NCBI GenBank assembly: GCA_963708015.1
Contig: OY970185.1
Span: 2,135,402-2,199,401, forward strand
Origin: an uncultured Chloroflexia bacterium
Lineage (GTDB): Bacteria; Chloroflexota; Limnocylindria; Limnocylindrales; CSP1-4
Direction: 5' to 3'
Length of the DNA: 64,000 bases
The notes below the pieces were generated by a model. That model saw nothing but the letters and a program-made list of their open reading frames with translations. It searched no databases and was not told the origin of the DNA. The position numbers were made by a program, and so were the translations under genes. Positions 47,115 to 57,600 of this stretch are shown here, one piece after another. The stretch's first letter is position 1. Each line of letters begins with the position of its first letter.

Positions 47115-49388
47115 ATGGTCAGCCCGCAGCCTCGCCGCCGATCCTCGCCGGCCGGCCGATCCGGGACGGTCCGCAAGCCCCGCTCCGCGCCGACCGACCC
47201 GCTCGAGCTGCTGGCAGCCCCGCTCGGCGACAGCGGCCTGCCGGGCGCCGCGATCCTGCGCCGGGCCGGCCGGCGCCTCGGCCTGAATACGGTCCGCGAC
47301 CTGCTCTTCCACCTGCCCCGGCGGTACGAGGACCGGCGCGAGATGCACACGGTTGCGGAGCTGCGCGACCTGCCCGACGGGGCGACGGCCAGCGTCCGGG
47401 TCGTGGTCCGGACGATCCGGGTCGAGCAGACCTGGCGGCGCCGGGTCCAGCTGACCCGGGCGATCCTGGCCGACGAGACCGGCGAGGCCGAGGCGACCTG
47501 GTTCGGGCGGCGTTTCATCGAGCGCCGGATCCAGCCCGGCCAGCACCTCGTCGTGAGCGGCCGGCTCAAGCAGCGTGGCTTCAGCCCGGTCTTCGATGAC
47601 CCCGAGTTCTCGCCCGAGGACGGCCACGATCCGCTCCATGCGGGCCGGATCGTGCCGGTCTACCGGCTGACCGCCGGCCTGACCGCGCCCCGGATGCGGG
47701 CCGGGGTCCGGGCGGCCCTCGACCAGGCCGGCTTGTTCTACCCGGACTACCTGCCAGCGAGCCTCATCGAGGAGGAGCGCTTCGTGCCGATCAGCCGGGC
47801 GATCGACCAGGTCCACTTTCCGGCCAGCCCCGAGGACCTCGAAGCGGCCCTCCGGCGACTGGCCTTCGACGAGCTGCTCGCCCTGCAGCTGGGGATGGTC
47901 GGCCGGCGCCGTCAGCGGGGACGATCCAGGTCGGAGCCGGTCGTGGCCGACGATGACCGCGATCGGGCCGTGCGCGAGGCGATTGCCGGGGCGATCGGGG
48001 CAAAGCTCGGGCATTCGGTCGACCTGACGATCGACCAGGCCGCGGCGATGGACGCGATCCGGTCCGACCTGGCCCGACCGGAGCCGATGCTCCGGCTGCT
48101 CCAAGGCGATGTCGGCTCGGGCAAGACGGCCGTCGCGGCGCACGCCCTGGCCCTCGTGGCCGGGCTGGGTCGCCAGGGCGCCCTCCTGGCCCCGACCGAT
48201 TTGCTGGCCCGCCAGCACGCGGCCACGGTCGGCGACTTGCTTGCCCCGCTCGGATTGGGGGTCACCCTCCTGACCGGATCGCTCAGCGCCGACGGCCGGC
48301 GCAAGGCGCTCGGGGCGATCCGGTCCGGCCAGGCGGTCGTCGTGGTGGGGACCCATGCGCTGTTCCAGGAATCGGTCGAATTCGCCGATCTCGGCCTGGC
48401 CGTGATCGACGAGCAGCATCGGTTCGGGGTCGAGCAGCGCAACCTGCTCGAAGCGAAAGCCGGGGGCCACCGGCCGGGCGGCGCCCCCGGAGCGGCCGGG
48501 ACGGCAATTCCGGGCGAAGGTCGCGCCCCGCACGTCCTGCTGATGACCGCGACCCCGATCCCGCGCACGATCGGCCAGGTCCTGTACGCCGATCTCGACG
48601 TCTCCGACCTGCGCCTCGCGCCGAGCGGCCGGCTGGTGATCCGGACCGCCACCCGAACCCACGCCGAGCTCGACCGGCTCTGGCGATTCGTGGCCGAGCA
48701 GGCGGCCGAGGGTCGCCGGACGTTCGTGGTCGTACCCCTGATCGAGGCTGCCGAGGACGATGCGGCAGCCGCCGCCGAGGTCGAGGCGATCCGGCTGCGC
48801 GAGCTGCTGGGCCTGCCGGTTGGCCTGGTCCACGGGCGGATGAAGCCGGCCGCACGAGATGCCGAGATGCGCCGATTCCGGGACGGTGAGCTCCAGGTCC
48901 TCGTCGGGACGACGGTCATCGAAGTGGGCGTGGACGTTCCCGAGGCGACCGTGATGATCATCGAGGAGGCGGACCGGTTCGGCCTGGCCCAGCTCCACCA
49001 GCTGCGCGGCCGGGTGGGGCGGGGGACCGACCAGAGCTACTGCGTGCTCGTCTCGGACGTCACCCCGGACTCGGATCCGGTCGCCTGGGCTCGGCTGTGG
49101 GCGATCCAGGAGCTGTCCGACGGGTTCGAGCTGGCCGAGAAGGACTTCGAGCTGCGGCGCGAGGGCGACGTGCTCGGCTTCGCCCAGTCGGGCCTGCCGC
49201 CACTCCGGGTGGCCTCGCTCCAGCGGCTCGAGCACCGCGAGCTGGCCACCCGGGCCCGACGTCACGCCGAGAGGCTGGTCGGGCCGGACGGAGAGCTGGA
49301 CGGCACCGGCCTGGACTCGCTCCGGCATGAGCTGAGCGCGGGCTGGCTCGAGTCGATCTGGTCCGGCGACCCGGCGGGCACGAGCTGA
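47115..49388 (+). CDS. recG: ATP-dependent DNA helicase RecG
   Basis: Wedge domain, Walker A LQGDVGSGKTAVA, DEQHRFG, helicase C-terminal motifs; canonical DAK2-recG linkage. Confidence 0.9.
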   Translation: MVSPQPRRRSSPAGRSGTVRKPRSAPTDPLELLAAPLGDSGLPGAAILRRAGRRLGLNTVRDLLFHLPRRYEDRREMHTVAELRDLPDGATASVRVVVRTIRVEQTWRRRVQLTRAILADETGEAEATWFGRRFIERRIQPGQHLVVSGRLKQRGFSPVFDDPEFSPEDGHDPLHAGRIVPVYRLTAGLTAPRMRAGVRAALDQAGLFYPDYLPASLIEEERFVPISRAIDQVHFPASPEDLEAALRRLAFDELLALQLGMVGRRRQRGRSRSEPVVADDDRDRAVREAIAGAIGAKLGHSVDLTIDQAAAMDAIRSDLARPEPMLRLLQGDVGSGKTAVAAHALALVAGLGRQGALLAPTDLLARQHAATVGDLLAPLGLGVTLLTGSLSADGRRKALGAIRSGQAVVVVGTHALFQESVEFADLGLAVIDEQHRFGVEQRNLLEAKAGGHRPGGAPGAAGTAIPGEGRAPHVLLMTATPIPRTIGQVLYADLDVSDLRLAPSGRLVIRTATRTHAELDRLWRFVAEQAAEGRRTFVVVPLIEAAEDDAAAAAEVEAIRLRELLGLPVGLVHGRMKPAARDAEMRRFRDGELQVLVGTTVIEVGVDVPEATVMIIEEADRFGLAQLHQLRGRVGRGTDQSYCVLVSDVTPDSDPVAWARLWAIQELSDGFELAEKDFELRREGDVLGFAQSGLPPLRVASLQRLEHRELATRARRHAERLVGPDGELDGTGLDSLRHELSAGWLESIWSGDPAGTS

Positions 49389-49401
49389 TGGACCCGGCCC
49401 G

Positions 49402-49998
49402 ATGACCCGCACCGCCGGCCGGGTGATCGCGGGCCGGGCGGCGGGCCTGCGCCTGGCTGCTCCGCCGGACGGAACCCGGCCGTTGACCGACCGGGTCAAG
49501 CAGACCCTGTTTGCGATCCTCGAGCCGGGCCTCCCGGGCTCACGCTTCCTGGACCTGTGCGCCGGGAGTGGCGCGGGCGGGATCGAGGCGCTCTCGCGGG
49601 GAGCGGCCCGGACCGTCCTCGTCGAGCAGGAGCCGGACGCTGCCCAGGTGATTCGGGACAACCTCGAGCGGACCCGCCTCGCCGGGCCGGCGGCCAGGGT
49701 CGTCCGGGCCGAGGCCGGCGCCTGGCTCCGATCGCCGGAGGCCGCCCGGGAAGGCCCGTTCGACTTCGCCCTGATCGATCCGCCGTACCACGCCGAGTCG
49801 CTCCTGGCCGACCTCCTCGCGACCCTCGGCGATCCGGCCCGGGCCGAGCTGCTCCGGGTCGGGGCGACCGTCGTCGCCAAGCACTTCCGGCGGACCGTGC
49901 CGGGCCCGGCGATCGGCCTGCTACGATCGGTCCGCGAGCGGCGTTTCGGCGAGACGACGCTGACCTTCTATCGCCGGGTCGCCAGGGAGGACGGATGA
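49402..49998 (+). CDS. rsmD: 16S rRNA (guanine966-N2)-methyltransferase RsmD
   Basis: RVIAG...RPLTDRVKQTLFAIL, FLDLCAGSGAGGIEALSRGA, DPPY motif. Confidence 0.85.
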   Translation: MTRTAGRVIAGRAAGLRLAAPPDGTRPLTDRVKQTLFAILEPGLPGSRFLDLCAGSGAGGIEALSRGAARTVLVEQEPDAAQVIRDNLERTRLAGPAARVVRAEAGAWLRSPEAAREGPFDFALIDPPYHAESLLADLLATLGDPARAELLRVGATVVAKHFRRTVPGPAIGLLRSVRERRFGETTLTFYRRVAREDG

Positions 49999-50495
49999 GG
50001 GTCGCGGTCTACCCCGGGTCGTTCGATCCGATCACGTTCGGCCACCTCGACGTCGCTCGCCGGGCTGCGGCCGTGTTCGACCGGGTCGTGTTCGCGGTCC
50101 TGATCAATGCCCGCAAGACGTCGCTCCTGACCGTCGCCGAGCGGCTCGACGTGATCCGGGCCTCGGTCGCGGCCAGCGAGCCGGACCTGGTCGACCGGAT
50201 CGACGTCCAGCAGTTCGACGGCCTGACGGTCGAGGCCTGCCGGCGCGCCGGCGGCTCGTTCATCGTGCGCGGACTGCGAGCCGTGTCCGACTTCGAGACC
50301 GAGATGCAGCTGGCCCACAACAACCGGGTCCTCGATCCGGGCATCGACACCGTCTTCTTCATGACCTCGCTCGAGCACGGCTACGTGAGCTCGACCCTCG
50401 TCCGCGAGATCGCCCGCTTCGGAGGGGACGTCTCGGCGATGGTTCCGGGACCGGCCGAGGCGGCCCTGCGCGAGGCCCTCGACCGGGTGCGATAA
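49995..50495 (+). CDS. coaD: phosphopantetheine adenylyltransferase
   Basis: MRVAVYPGSFDPITFGHLDV...; GGGAGG RBS; ATGA overlap with rsmD. Confidence 0.9.
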   Translation: MRVAVYPGSFDPITFGHLDVARRAAAVFDRVVFAVLINARKTSLLTVAERLDVIRASVAASEPDLVDRIDVQQFDGLTVEACRRAGGSFIVRGLRAVSDFETEMQLAHNNRVLDPGIDTVFFMTSLEHGYVSSTLVREIARFGGDVSAMVPGPAEAALREALDRVR

Positions 50496-50552
50496 TTCGG
50501 CCGACGCGGCGGTTCCGCGCTGAATCTCGCCAGCCCAGGGAGGGTCGGTCCG

Positions 50553-51096
50553 ATCGACATCATCTTCCTCGTCACGCGACTCGAGAACCTGATCGCAAGC
50601 GGGAAGAAGCTGCCCCTGACCAACAACGTCGTGCTCGACCAGGCCGCCGCCCTGGGCCTGATCGACGAGCTCAGGGTGGCCATCCCGGAGGAGATCCGGG
50701 CGGCCAAGCGGATCAACTCCGAGGGCGAGCGAATCATCGAGAAGGCCCAGGAAGAGGCCGAAATCGATCGTCGCCCGGGCCCAGGAGCAGGCCGCCTTCC
50801 TGATCGAGGAGCGTGGCCTGACCCAGGCCGCCGAAGACGAGGGCCGGCGGATCATCAACCAGGCCTACACCGAGGCGGACGGTGTCCGCCACGGCGCCGA
50901 CGAGTACGCCTCGTCCGTCCTGGCCTCGCTCGAATCCGAGGTCGCCCGCACCCTCCAGAGCATCCGCAAGGGGATCGCCCTGATCGACTCGCGCACTCCG
51001 CCAGAGCCCGACGACAACCGGCCCGGGCCCGCCGAGGATGGCGAGGCCGACGACGAGGACCTTGAGCCCGCGCCGACCCGTTCGTCGCGGGCGTGA
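50553..51096 (+). CDS. conserved alpha-helical/coiled-coil hypothetical protein, frameshifted, start not canonical
   Basis: Continuous homologous-looking translation IDIIFLVTRLENLIASGKKLPLTNNVVLDQAAALGLIDEL...EEAEI | IVARAQEQAAFLIEERGL...TRSSRA* across a +1 shift at ~50764-50776. Candidate start ATC 50553 lies 7 nt after AGGGAGGG; first canonical start is only GTG 50631. Confidence 0.5.
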
Positions 51097-51680
51097 CCGC
51101 GAGCGCCGCGGGGGAGACCGCGCGCGAAGCGCAGGCCGGCCTGATCTTCCCGGCTGCGGCCCTCCTGGCCGAGCCGCCCGGCAGCCGGCGTGACTACGCC
51201 TTCTCGATCGCCGGCCTCGACCTCGGGCCCGACCTCGTCCTCGCCGGGCCGGTCAATGGGCGGGTCCGGTTCAGCCGGACGAACAGGGGACTGCTCCTCG
51301 ACGGTCGGGTCGAGACCGTCCTCCAGGCGATCTGCAGCCGCTGCCTCCGTCCGATCGAGCTGCCCCTCGACCTGCGCCTGGACGACGAGGTCCTGCCCAG
51401 CATCGACCTCGCCTCAGGCCGGCCGATGGACCCGTCGCTCGAGCCCGAGGTCGCCCGCCTTACCGATCACCACGAGGTCGACCTGGAGCCGTTCGTCCGG
51501 GAGGCGATCCAGCTGGCCGAGCCGATTGCGCCGGTCTGCCGGCCGGACTGCCCCGGCCTCTGCCCGACCTGCGGCGAGCCGCTCGAGGATGGCTCCCACG
51601 ACCACGAGGAGACCGCCCTCGATCCCCGGCTCGAGGCGCTCCGCTCGTTCCGGGTCGACGGCGGGCCCGAGACCGGCTAG
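51093..51680 (+). CDS. yceD: YceD/DUF177 family protein (large-subunit ribosomal assembly-associated)
   Basis: C-x2-C...C-x2-C motifs (CSRCLRPIE..., CPGLCPTCGEPLEDG), location immediately before rpmF. Confidence 0.8.
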   Translation: MTASAAGETAREAQAGLIFPAAALLAEPPGSRRDYAFSIAGLDLGPDLVLAGPVNGRVRFSRTNRGLLLDGRVETVLQAICSRCLRPIELPLDLRLDDEVLPSIDLASGRPMDPSLEPEVARLTDHHEVDLEPFVREAIQLAEPIAPVCRPDCPGLCPTCGEPLEDGSHDHEETALDPRLEALRSFRVDGGPETG

Positions 51681-51770
51681 ACTCGCCCGTCGGCCCCGCC
51701 TGTTCGGGGGCATGCTGCTCGCGACCGGGCCGACCTTCACAATTGACCGACCAGGCCCGGGTGTTCACCC

Positions 51771-52007
51771 GTGCCTCGACCGTTGCCAGAGGAGAAGCAA
51801 GGATCCATGGGAGTCCCGAAGCGACGGGTTTCGCATGCTCGCAAGGGCGACCGCCGGAGCCACGAGGCGCTGGCCCTGCCGCAGCTCGAAGAGTGCCCGC
51901 ATTGCCACGAGCAGAAGCAGGCCCATCACGCCTGCCCGAACTGTGGCTACTACGCCGGCCGCCCGGCGATCGAGCTGAAGCGCTCAACCGACGAGGCAGC
52001 CTCCTAG
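51771..52007 (+). CDS. rpmF: 50S ribosomal protein L32
   Basis: MGVPKRRVSHARKGDRRSHEAL...CPHCHE...CPNCGYY. Confidence 0.9.
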   Translation: MPRPLPEEKQGSMGVPKRRVSHARKGDRRSHEALALPQLEECPHCHEQKQAHHACPNCGYYAGRPAIELKRSTDEAAS

Positions 52008-52011
52008 CCAG

Positions 52012-53127
52012 GTGGACCTGAGCGCCATTCGAGGCGCCACCTCCGACCGTCGCGTCCGGGTCGCCGTCGACGTGATGGGCGGAGACCACGCGCCCGAGGA
52101 GCCGATCGAGGGCGCCCTGCTCCATGCCCGGGCCCATCCCGAGGACGACCTGCTGTTCGTCGGTGACGAGATCCAGGTCCGGGCCCTGGTCGGGCCGGAT
52201 GTCCCGCCCAACGTGAGCTTCGTCCATGCCGGCGAGGTGGTCGGGATGGAGGAGCACGCCGCCCAGAACGTCCGGACCAAGAAGGACGCCTCGATCAACG
52301 TGGCGATGAAGCTGGTCCACGCCGGGGCGGCCGACGCCGTCGTCACGGCCGGCCACACCGGGGCGGGCGTGGCCGCCGCGATCCTCCACCTCCATCGGGC
52401 GCCGGGGGTCGACCGGCCGGCCCTGGCCGTCCAGATGGTCACCGAGTCGGGCCCATTCGTGCTGCTCGACATCGGGGCGACCACGAACTCGACCGGCGAG
52501 CAGCTCTACCAGTTCGCGGCGATGGGCTCGCTCTTCGCCGAGCGCGTCCTGGGGGTCGACCGGCCGCGGGTCGCCCTGCTCTCGATCGGCGAGGAGACCG
52601 GCAAGGGCGACGCCCGGATCCAGCGGGCGACCGAGCTGCTCCAGGCCTCGAACCTGAACTTCATCGGCAACGTCGAGGGCAAGGACCTGGTCAAGCACAT
52701 GGCCGACGTGGTCGTGTGCGATGCCGTGGTCGGCAACGTCGTGATCAAGTTCTTCGAGGGTCTGTCCCAGTTCATCTTCGGGCTCCTCCGCCAGGAGTTC
52801 GAGCGCAAGCCGCTTGGTCCGCCGGCCTACCTCCTGATGCGCCCCGGCATCCGCCGAATCCGGAAGATCTTCGACTACGAGATGTCGGGCGGCTCGCCCC
52901 TGCTCGGGGTTCGGGGGACCGTGATCATCACCCACGGCCGAGCTCGCCGGCGGATGATCTCGTATGCCGTGGCCGTCGGGGCGGCGGCGGCCCGGGCCGA
53001 GATCCCGGCCCACATTGCCGAGACCTTCGAGGGCGAGCCGCGCCACCCGGCCGCGACGGGGGAGGAGCCGCCGGCCGCCGGGATCGAGTCCGGCCCGGCT
53101 GCGGCCGCCGAACATCTCGGCGCCTGA
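52012..53127 (+). CDS. plsX: phosphate acyltransferase PlsX
   Basis: VAVDVMGGDHAPEEPIEGAL..., VVTAGHTGAGVAAA motifs. Confidence 0.9.
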   Translation: MDLSAIRGATSDRRVRVAVDVMGGDHAPEEPIEGALLHARAHPEDDLLFVGDEIQVRALVGPDVPPNVSFVHAGEVVGMEEHAAQNVRTKKDASINVAMKLVHAGAADAVVTAGHTGAGVAAAILHLHRAPGVDRPALAVQMVTESGPFVLLDIGATTNSTGEQLYQFAAMGSLFAERVLGVDRPRVALLSIGEETGKGDARIQRATELLQASNLNFIGNVEGKDLVKHMADVVVCDAVVGNVVIKFFEGLSQFIFGLLRQEFERKPLGPPAYLLMRPGIRRIRKIFDYEMSGGSPLLGVRGTVIITHGRARRRMISYAVAVGAAAARAEIPAHIAETFEGEPRHPAATGEEPPAAGIESGPAAAAEHLGA

Positions 53128-53132
53128 GCGTC

Positions 53133-53634
53133 GTGGCCACCCGCCGAGCGCGCACCGGCCAGGACGACATCCGGGCCCATCGCCAGGGTCGGCGCCTGGC
53201 CCTCGCCTCCGTCTTCGAGGCCGACTTCGGGCAGCGCACGGCCGAGGCCGTCCTCGAGCGACACCTGGCCGACTCGGCGGGCGATCCCGAGACCGCCGCG
53301 TTCGCCCGTCAGCTGGTCCGGGTGACCGTGGCCGACCGGGACGGGATCGACCGCCCGAATCGGCGAGCTGGCGCCCCAGTACCCGGTCGTCCAGCTGGCC
53401 CGAATCGATCGTTCCCTGCTGCGAACGGCCATGGGTGAGGTGCTACACTCCCCGGCGACGCCGGCCCGAGTTGCGATCTCCGAATGGGTCGAGCTGGCAC
53501 GGATCTACAGTGGAGACCCGGCACGGCGCCTGATGAACGGCGTCCTCGGGCGACTCACCAGGGAGGCGGGACCATCGGCCGCTCGGTCGGGTGGTGACGC
53601 CGCGGATGATGATGCCGGCGTTCCCGCCGGGTGA
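53133..53634 (+). CDS. nusB: NusB-family transcription antitermination protein, frameshifted
   Basis: RRARTGQDDIRAHRQGRRLALASVFEADF...(shift at cgccc 53352-53356)...IGELAPQYPVVQLARIDRSLLRTAMGEVLHSP...EWVELARIYSGDPARRLMNGVLGRL matches NusB fold signature across a +1 shift. Confidence 0.65.
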
Positions 53635-53658
53635 TACCGAGCGTGCAGGAGGGACTCT

Positions 53659-53895
53659 GTGGCCACTACATACGATCGCCTGAAGAAGATCGTCGTGGAA
53701 CAGCTCGGCGTCGACGAGGCCGACGTGAAGCCCGAGGCGTCCTTCGTGGACGACCTGAACGCTGACTCCCTCGATCTCGTCGAGCTGATCATGAGCCTCG
53801 AGGAAGAGTTCGGAACCGAGATCTCGGACGAGGATGCGGAGCGGATCCGGACCGTTGGCGACGCGGTCGAATACATCGACGAACGCACCTCGTAG
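53659..53895 (+). CDS. acpP: acyl carrier protein
   Basis: [21 protein letters not shown] with phosphopantetheine Ser. Confidence 0.95.
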   Translation: MATTYDRLKKIVVEQLGVDEADVKPEASFVDDLNADSLDLVELIMSLEEEFGTEISDEDAERIRTVGDAVEYIDERTS

Positions 53896-53948
53896 GCTCT
53901 GACCGGCGGGCTCGCTCGTACCCGTCCGCCGACCTGGGGCCGGGCCCG

Positions 53949-54668
53949 ATGCCCTCGGCTGCTGCCTTTGCTGCCCATCTGGGCCTGCCGGTCCGTGACC
54001 CGGAGCTGCTTGGACGGGCGCTCACCCACAGCAGCTTCGAGCACGAGCACCGCGACCAGGGAGGCGGCCACAACGAGCGTCTCGAATTCCTCGGTGACGC
54101 GGTCGTGTCCCTGGTGATCTCCGACGAGCTCTATCGCCGCTGGCCGACCGACGACGAAGGCCTCCTGTCGGCCCGCCGGGCCATGATCGTGAGCACGTCC
54201 GGCCTGGCCGTCCTGGCCGATCGACTCGAGCTCGGCGCCTGGCTCCGGCTGGGCGAGGGTGAGTCCCAGCGCGGCGGGCGGCAGCGCCCCTCGCTCCTCG
54301 CCTCGGCCTTCGAGGCGGTGGTCGGGGCGATCTTCCTCGACCTCGGCTATGCCTCGGCGCGGGACTGGATCCTGGGCGTGGCCGGGCCGGAGCTCGATGC
54401 CGACCCGGCGGCGGGCAGCCTGAAGAGCCCCAAGAGCCGCCTCCAGGAGCTGACCCAGCAGTCGGGCGGCGAGCGCCCGATCTACCGCCTGATCGATGTC
54501 TCCGGGCCGGATCACGAGCGGACCTTCGAAGTCGAGGTGAGCATCGCCGGTGCCGTCGCGGGGGTCGGCAACGGACCGTCCCGACGAGTCGCCGAGACGG
54601 CAGCCGCGGTCGTCGCCCTCGAGGCCCTCCAGGTTCGCCCGCCGGCCGACCGAGTCGGCCCGGGATGA
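53949..54668 (+). CDS. rnc: ribonuclease III
   Basis: ERLEFLGDAVVSLVISDELY catalytic signature, C-terminal dsRBD. Confidence 0.9.
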   Translation: MPSAAAFAAHLGLPVRDPELLGRALTHSSFEHEHRDQGGGHNERLEFLGDAVVSLVISDELYRRWPTDDEGLLSARRAMIVSTSGLAVLADRLELGAWLRLGEGESQRGGRQRPSLLASAFEAVVGAIFLDLGYASARDWILGVAGPELDADPAAGSLKSPKSRLQELTQQSGGERPIYRLIDVSGPDHERTFEVEVSIAGAVAGVGNGPSRRVAETAAAVVALEALQVRPPADRVGPG

Positions 54669-57600
54669 CGGGCGCCCGGCTCCTGGCGCTCCGTCTCCAG
54701 GGCTTCAAGTCGTTCGCCGATCGGACCTCGGTCGAATTCGGGCCGGGGATCAGCGCCGTCGTCGGCCCGAACGGCTCGGGCAAGAGCAACCTTGCCGACG
54801 GGCTCCGCTGGGCCCTCGGGGAGCAGGGTCGCGCGTTGCGCAGCCGCAAGTCCGAGGACGTCATCTTCGCTGGCTCCGATCGCCGCCCGGCCCTCGGGAT
54901 GGCCGACGTCAGCCTCGTCCTCGACAACGCCGACGGACTGCTGCCGCTCGACTTCCAGGTCCTCGAGCTGGGCCGGCGGCTGTACCGCTCGGGAGAGAAC
55001 GACTACCTCCTGAACCGGGGCCGGGTCAGGCTCAAGGACCTGGTCGAGCTGCTCGACGGGGCCCACCTTGCCGACAACGCGTTCCTGTTCATCGGCCAGG
55101 GCATGGTCGACCAGGCCCTGGCCCTCCGGCCCGAGGAGCGCCGGCCGCTGTTCGAGGAAGTTGCCGGCGTCCGGCGCCACGAGCGTCGCCGCAGGCGGGC
55201 CGAGGAACAGCTGGCCGAGGCCGAAGCGAACCTGGCCCGGGTCCAGGACATCCTCGGCGAGCTCCGCCCGCAGGTCCGGCGCCTGGCTGCCCAGGCCGAC
55301 CAGCAGGCGGACCGCTCGAACGCCGGCGAGGCGCTCGCCTCGGCCCTCGTCGCGAGCGCCCATGCCCGCTGGCACGCCGCCGCGGCCCAGGCGGCCGTGG
55401 CCCTGGAGCGAGTCGAGCGAACGGGCACCGAGGTGGATCGGCTCGTCGGCGCCCTGGGCGAGGCCGAGGCCGGCCTGGCCGAGATCGCCGCCGGCCTGGC
55501 TCGTCGAACGGCCGTCGAGCTCGAGCGGCGGGACGCCCTCGAATCGGCCCGGGCAGCCCTGGCCGGGCTGCAGCTGGCCGCCGGCCGCCAGGCGGCCGAG
55601 CTCGAGGCGGCTCGGCGCGACCGGATCCGCCTGGACGAGGAGCGAGCCGCCGCCGAGGCCGAGCTGGCGGCCCGCCGGCGGGCCCTGGCCCGGCCCGTCC
55701 CGGAGCGGGATTCGGCACTCCAGGCAAGCCTCGAGGAGGCCGAGCTCGGTCTGGCCGACGCCCGGCGGGAGCTGGCCGCGCTCGAAGCCGCGAGCCAGGC
55801 CGAAGGCCAGGAGCGGGCGGCCCTCGAACGGGCCATGGCCGCGCGCACGGCCGATCATGACGCGGCCCGCCGGCAGCTGGCCGACGCCGAGCGCCGGGCG
55901 GCCGAGGAACGCCGACGGTCGAGCGAGTCGGCAACAGAGCATGCCGGCCTTGAGGCTGCGCTCCAGGCGGCCCGGGCCGATCATCGCGCGGCGATCGAGG
56001 CCGAGCTGGCGGCTGCCCGGGACGTGGATGCCGCCCGGGCCGAAGCCGACGCAGCCGACGGTGCCCGGCGAGCCGCCGATGAGCGGGCGGCCGCCTCGGG
56101 GGCGGCCCTCGCCGCGATCGGCAGCCGCCTTGCCGCCGCGACGGCCCGCCAGGCGGAAGAAGAGGCCCGCGGGATCGCGCGGGCGGCCCGGCGGCTGGGG
56201 GGCCGGCGGGTGGATGCGGGTCTCCAGGTGGATCCGGCCTTCCGGGCGGCGGTCGAGGCCGCCCTGGGCGAGCTGGCCCGGGGCTACCTCGTCGAGCGGA
56301 CCGCCGTCGGCGAGCTGGCCGGCGAGCGCGGCTGGCTGATCCTGGCCTCTGCCGCCGGCTCGGCCGGTCGCCCGAGCTCGGGTGCGGCGGGCGCTCCGGC
56401 CGACGTTCCACCAACGGCCGCCTTCCGGGATCGATTGGCGGCGGTCGGTGGTGGCCTGCTGAGCGATGCGATTCGGCGCGACGAGCTCGGCGCGGCCCGG
56501 ACCCTTCTCGAGCGGACGGCCTGGGCACCCGACCTCGACGCGGCGCTCGAGCTCCAGCCCGTCCTTCCGCCCGGCTGGCAGGTCGTCGTGCGCGATGGCC
56601 GAGCGCTCGTCGCAGGTCGAGCGGTCGCGCTCGGCCGGGCGGACGGCAGCCTGGAACGCCAGGGCGAGCTCGAGCGAATCGAGGCCGAGCAGGCCCGGCT
56701 CAACCGGGACGGGGCCAGCGCGGAAGCCGCCGCGCAGGAAGCAGCAGCCCGGGCCGGCGGGGCCCGCCAGCGAGTCGAAGCAGCCCGCGCCGAGGAGGCC
56801 CGGATCGGGGCCGCCCGGCGGGCCGCCGAGGAGGCCGAACGGGTGGCCGCGCGAAGAGTCGAGCGGCTGGCCCGCGAAGCAGCCTGGCACGAGGCGGCGG
56901 CCGTCCGGACGGACGCGGAGCTGGTGCGCCGACGAGCGGCCCTGGCCGATCTCGAGGGTGCCGCCGGGCAGTCGGCGGCGGGCGATCAACCGGCCGGCCG
57001 CGACGCAACGTCCGGGGACGCCCTACCGACCCGTCGCGCGAGCGCGATCGAGACCTGGCAGCGCCGGGTCGGCGACCTGCGCTCGCGACGTGACCGGCTG
57101 GCGGCCGAGTTCGCCGAGCGCGAAGGCCTTCGGCTCAGCGCCGAGGCGGCCCACGCTCGGGATGAGGCCGGCGCGTCGATCAGCCGTGACCAGATCGAGC
57201 GAGCCGACCGGCAGGTGCGTGAGCTGGCCGAACGCGAAACCGAGATCTCGGTTGAGCGTGATCGCCTCGCCCTCGACCTGGCCACGGCAGCCAGTCGCGA
57301 GGAGCGCCTGGCGGCTGCCCTGGCCGAGGTCCGCGAGGCCGATTCGGTCGATCGGGAGCGGCTGGCCGTGGCCGAGTCGGCTGTCACGGCCGTGCGCGAC
57401 CGGCTCCGCTCGGCCGAAGACCGGCACCGCTCGGCCGAGGTGGCCGAGCTCGAGACCCGGCTCGCCCTGGATCTGATCCGGGAGCAGGCCGTCGCCGAGA
57501 TCGGCGGGCTCGGGCTGCTCGGCCTGCAGGCCCTCGGCCTGCCCGTCCCGCAAGCGCTCGGCCTGCCCGCGCCCGATCGGCCCAGCGCCGCGGTCGCGAC

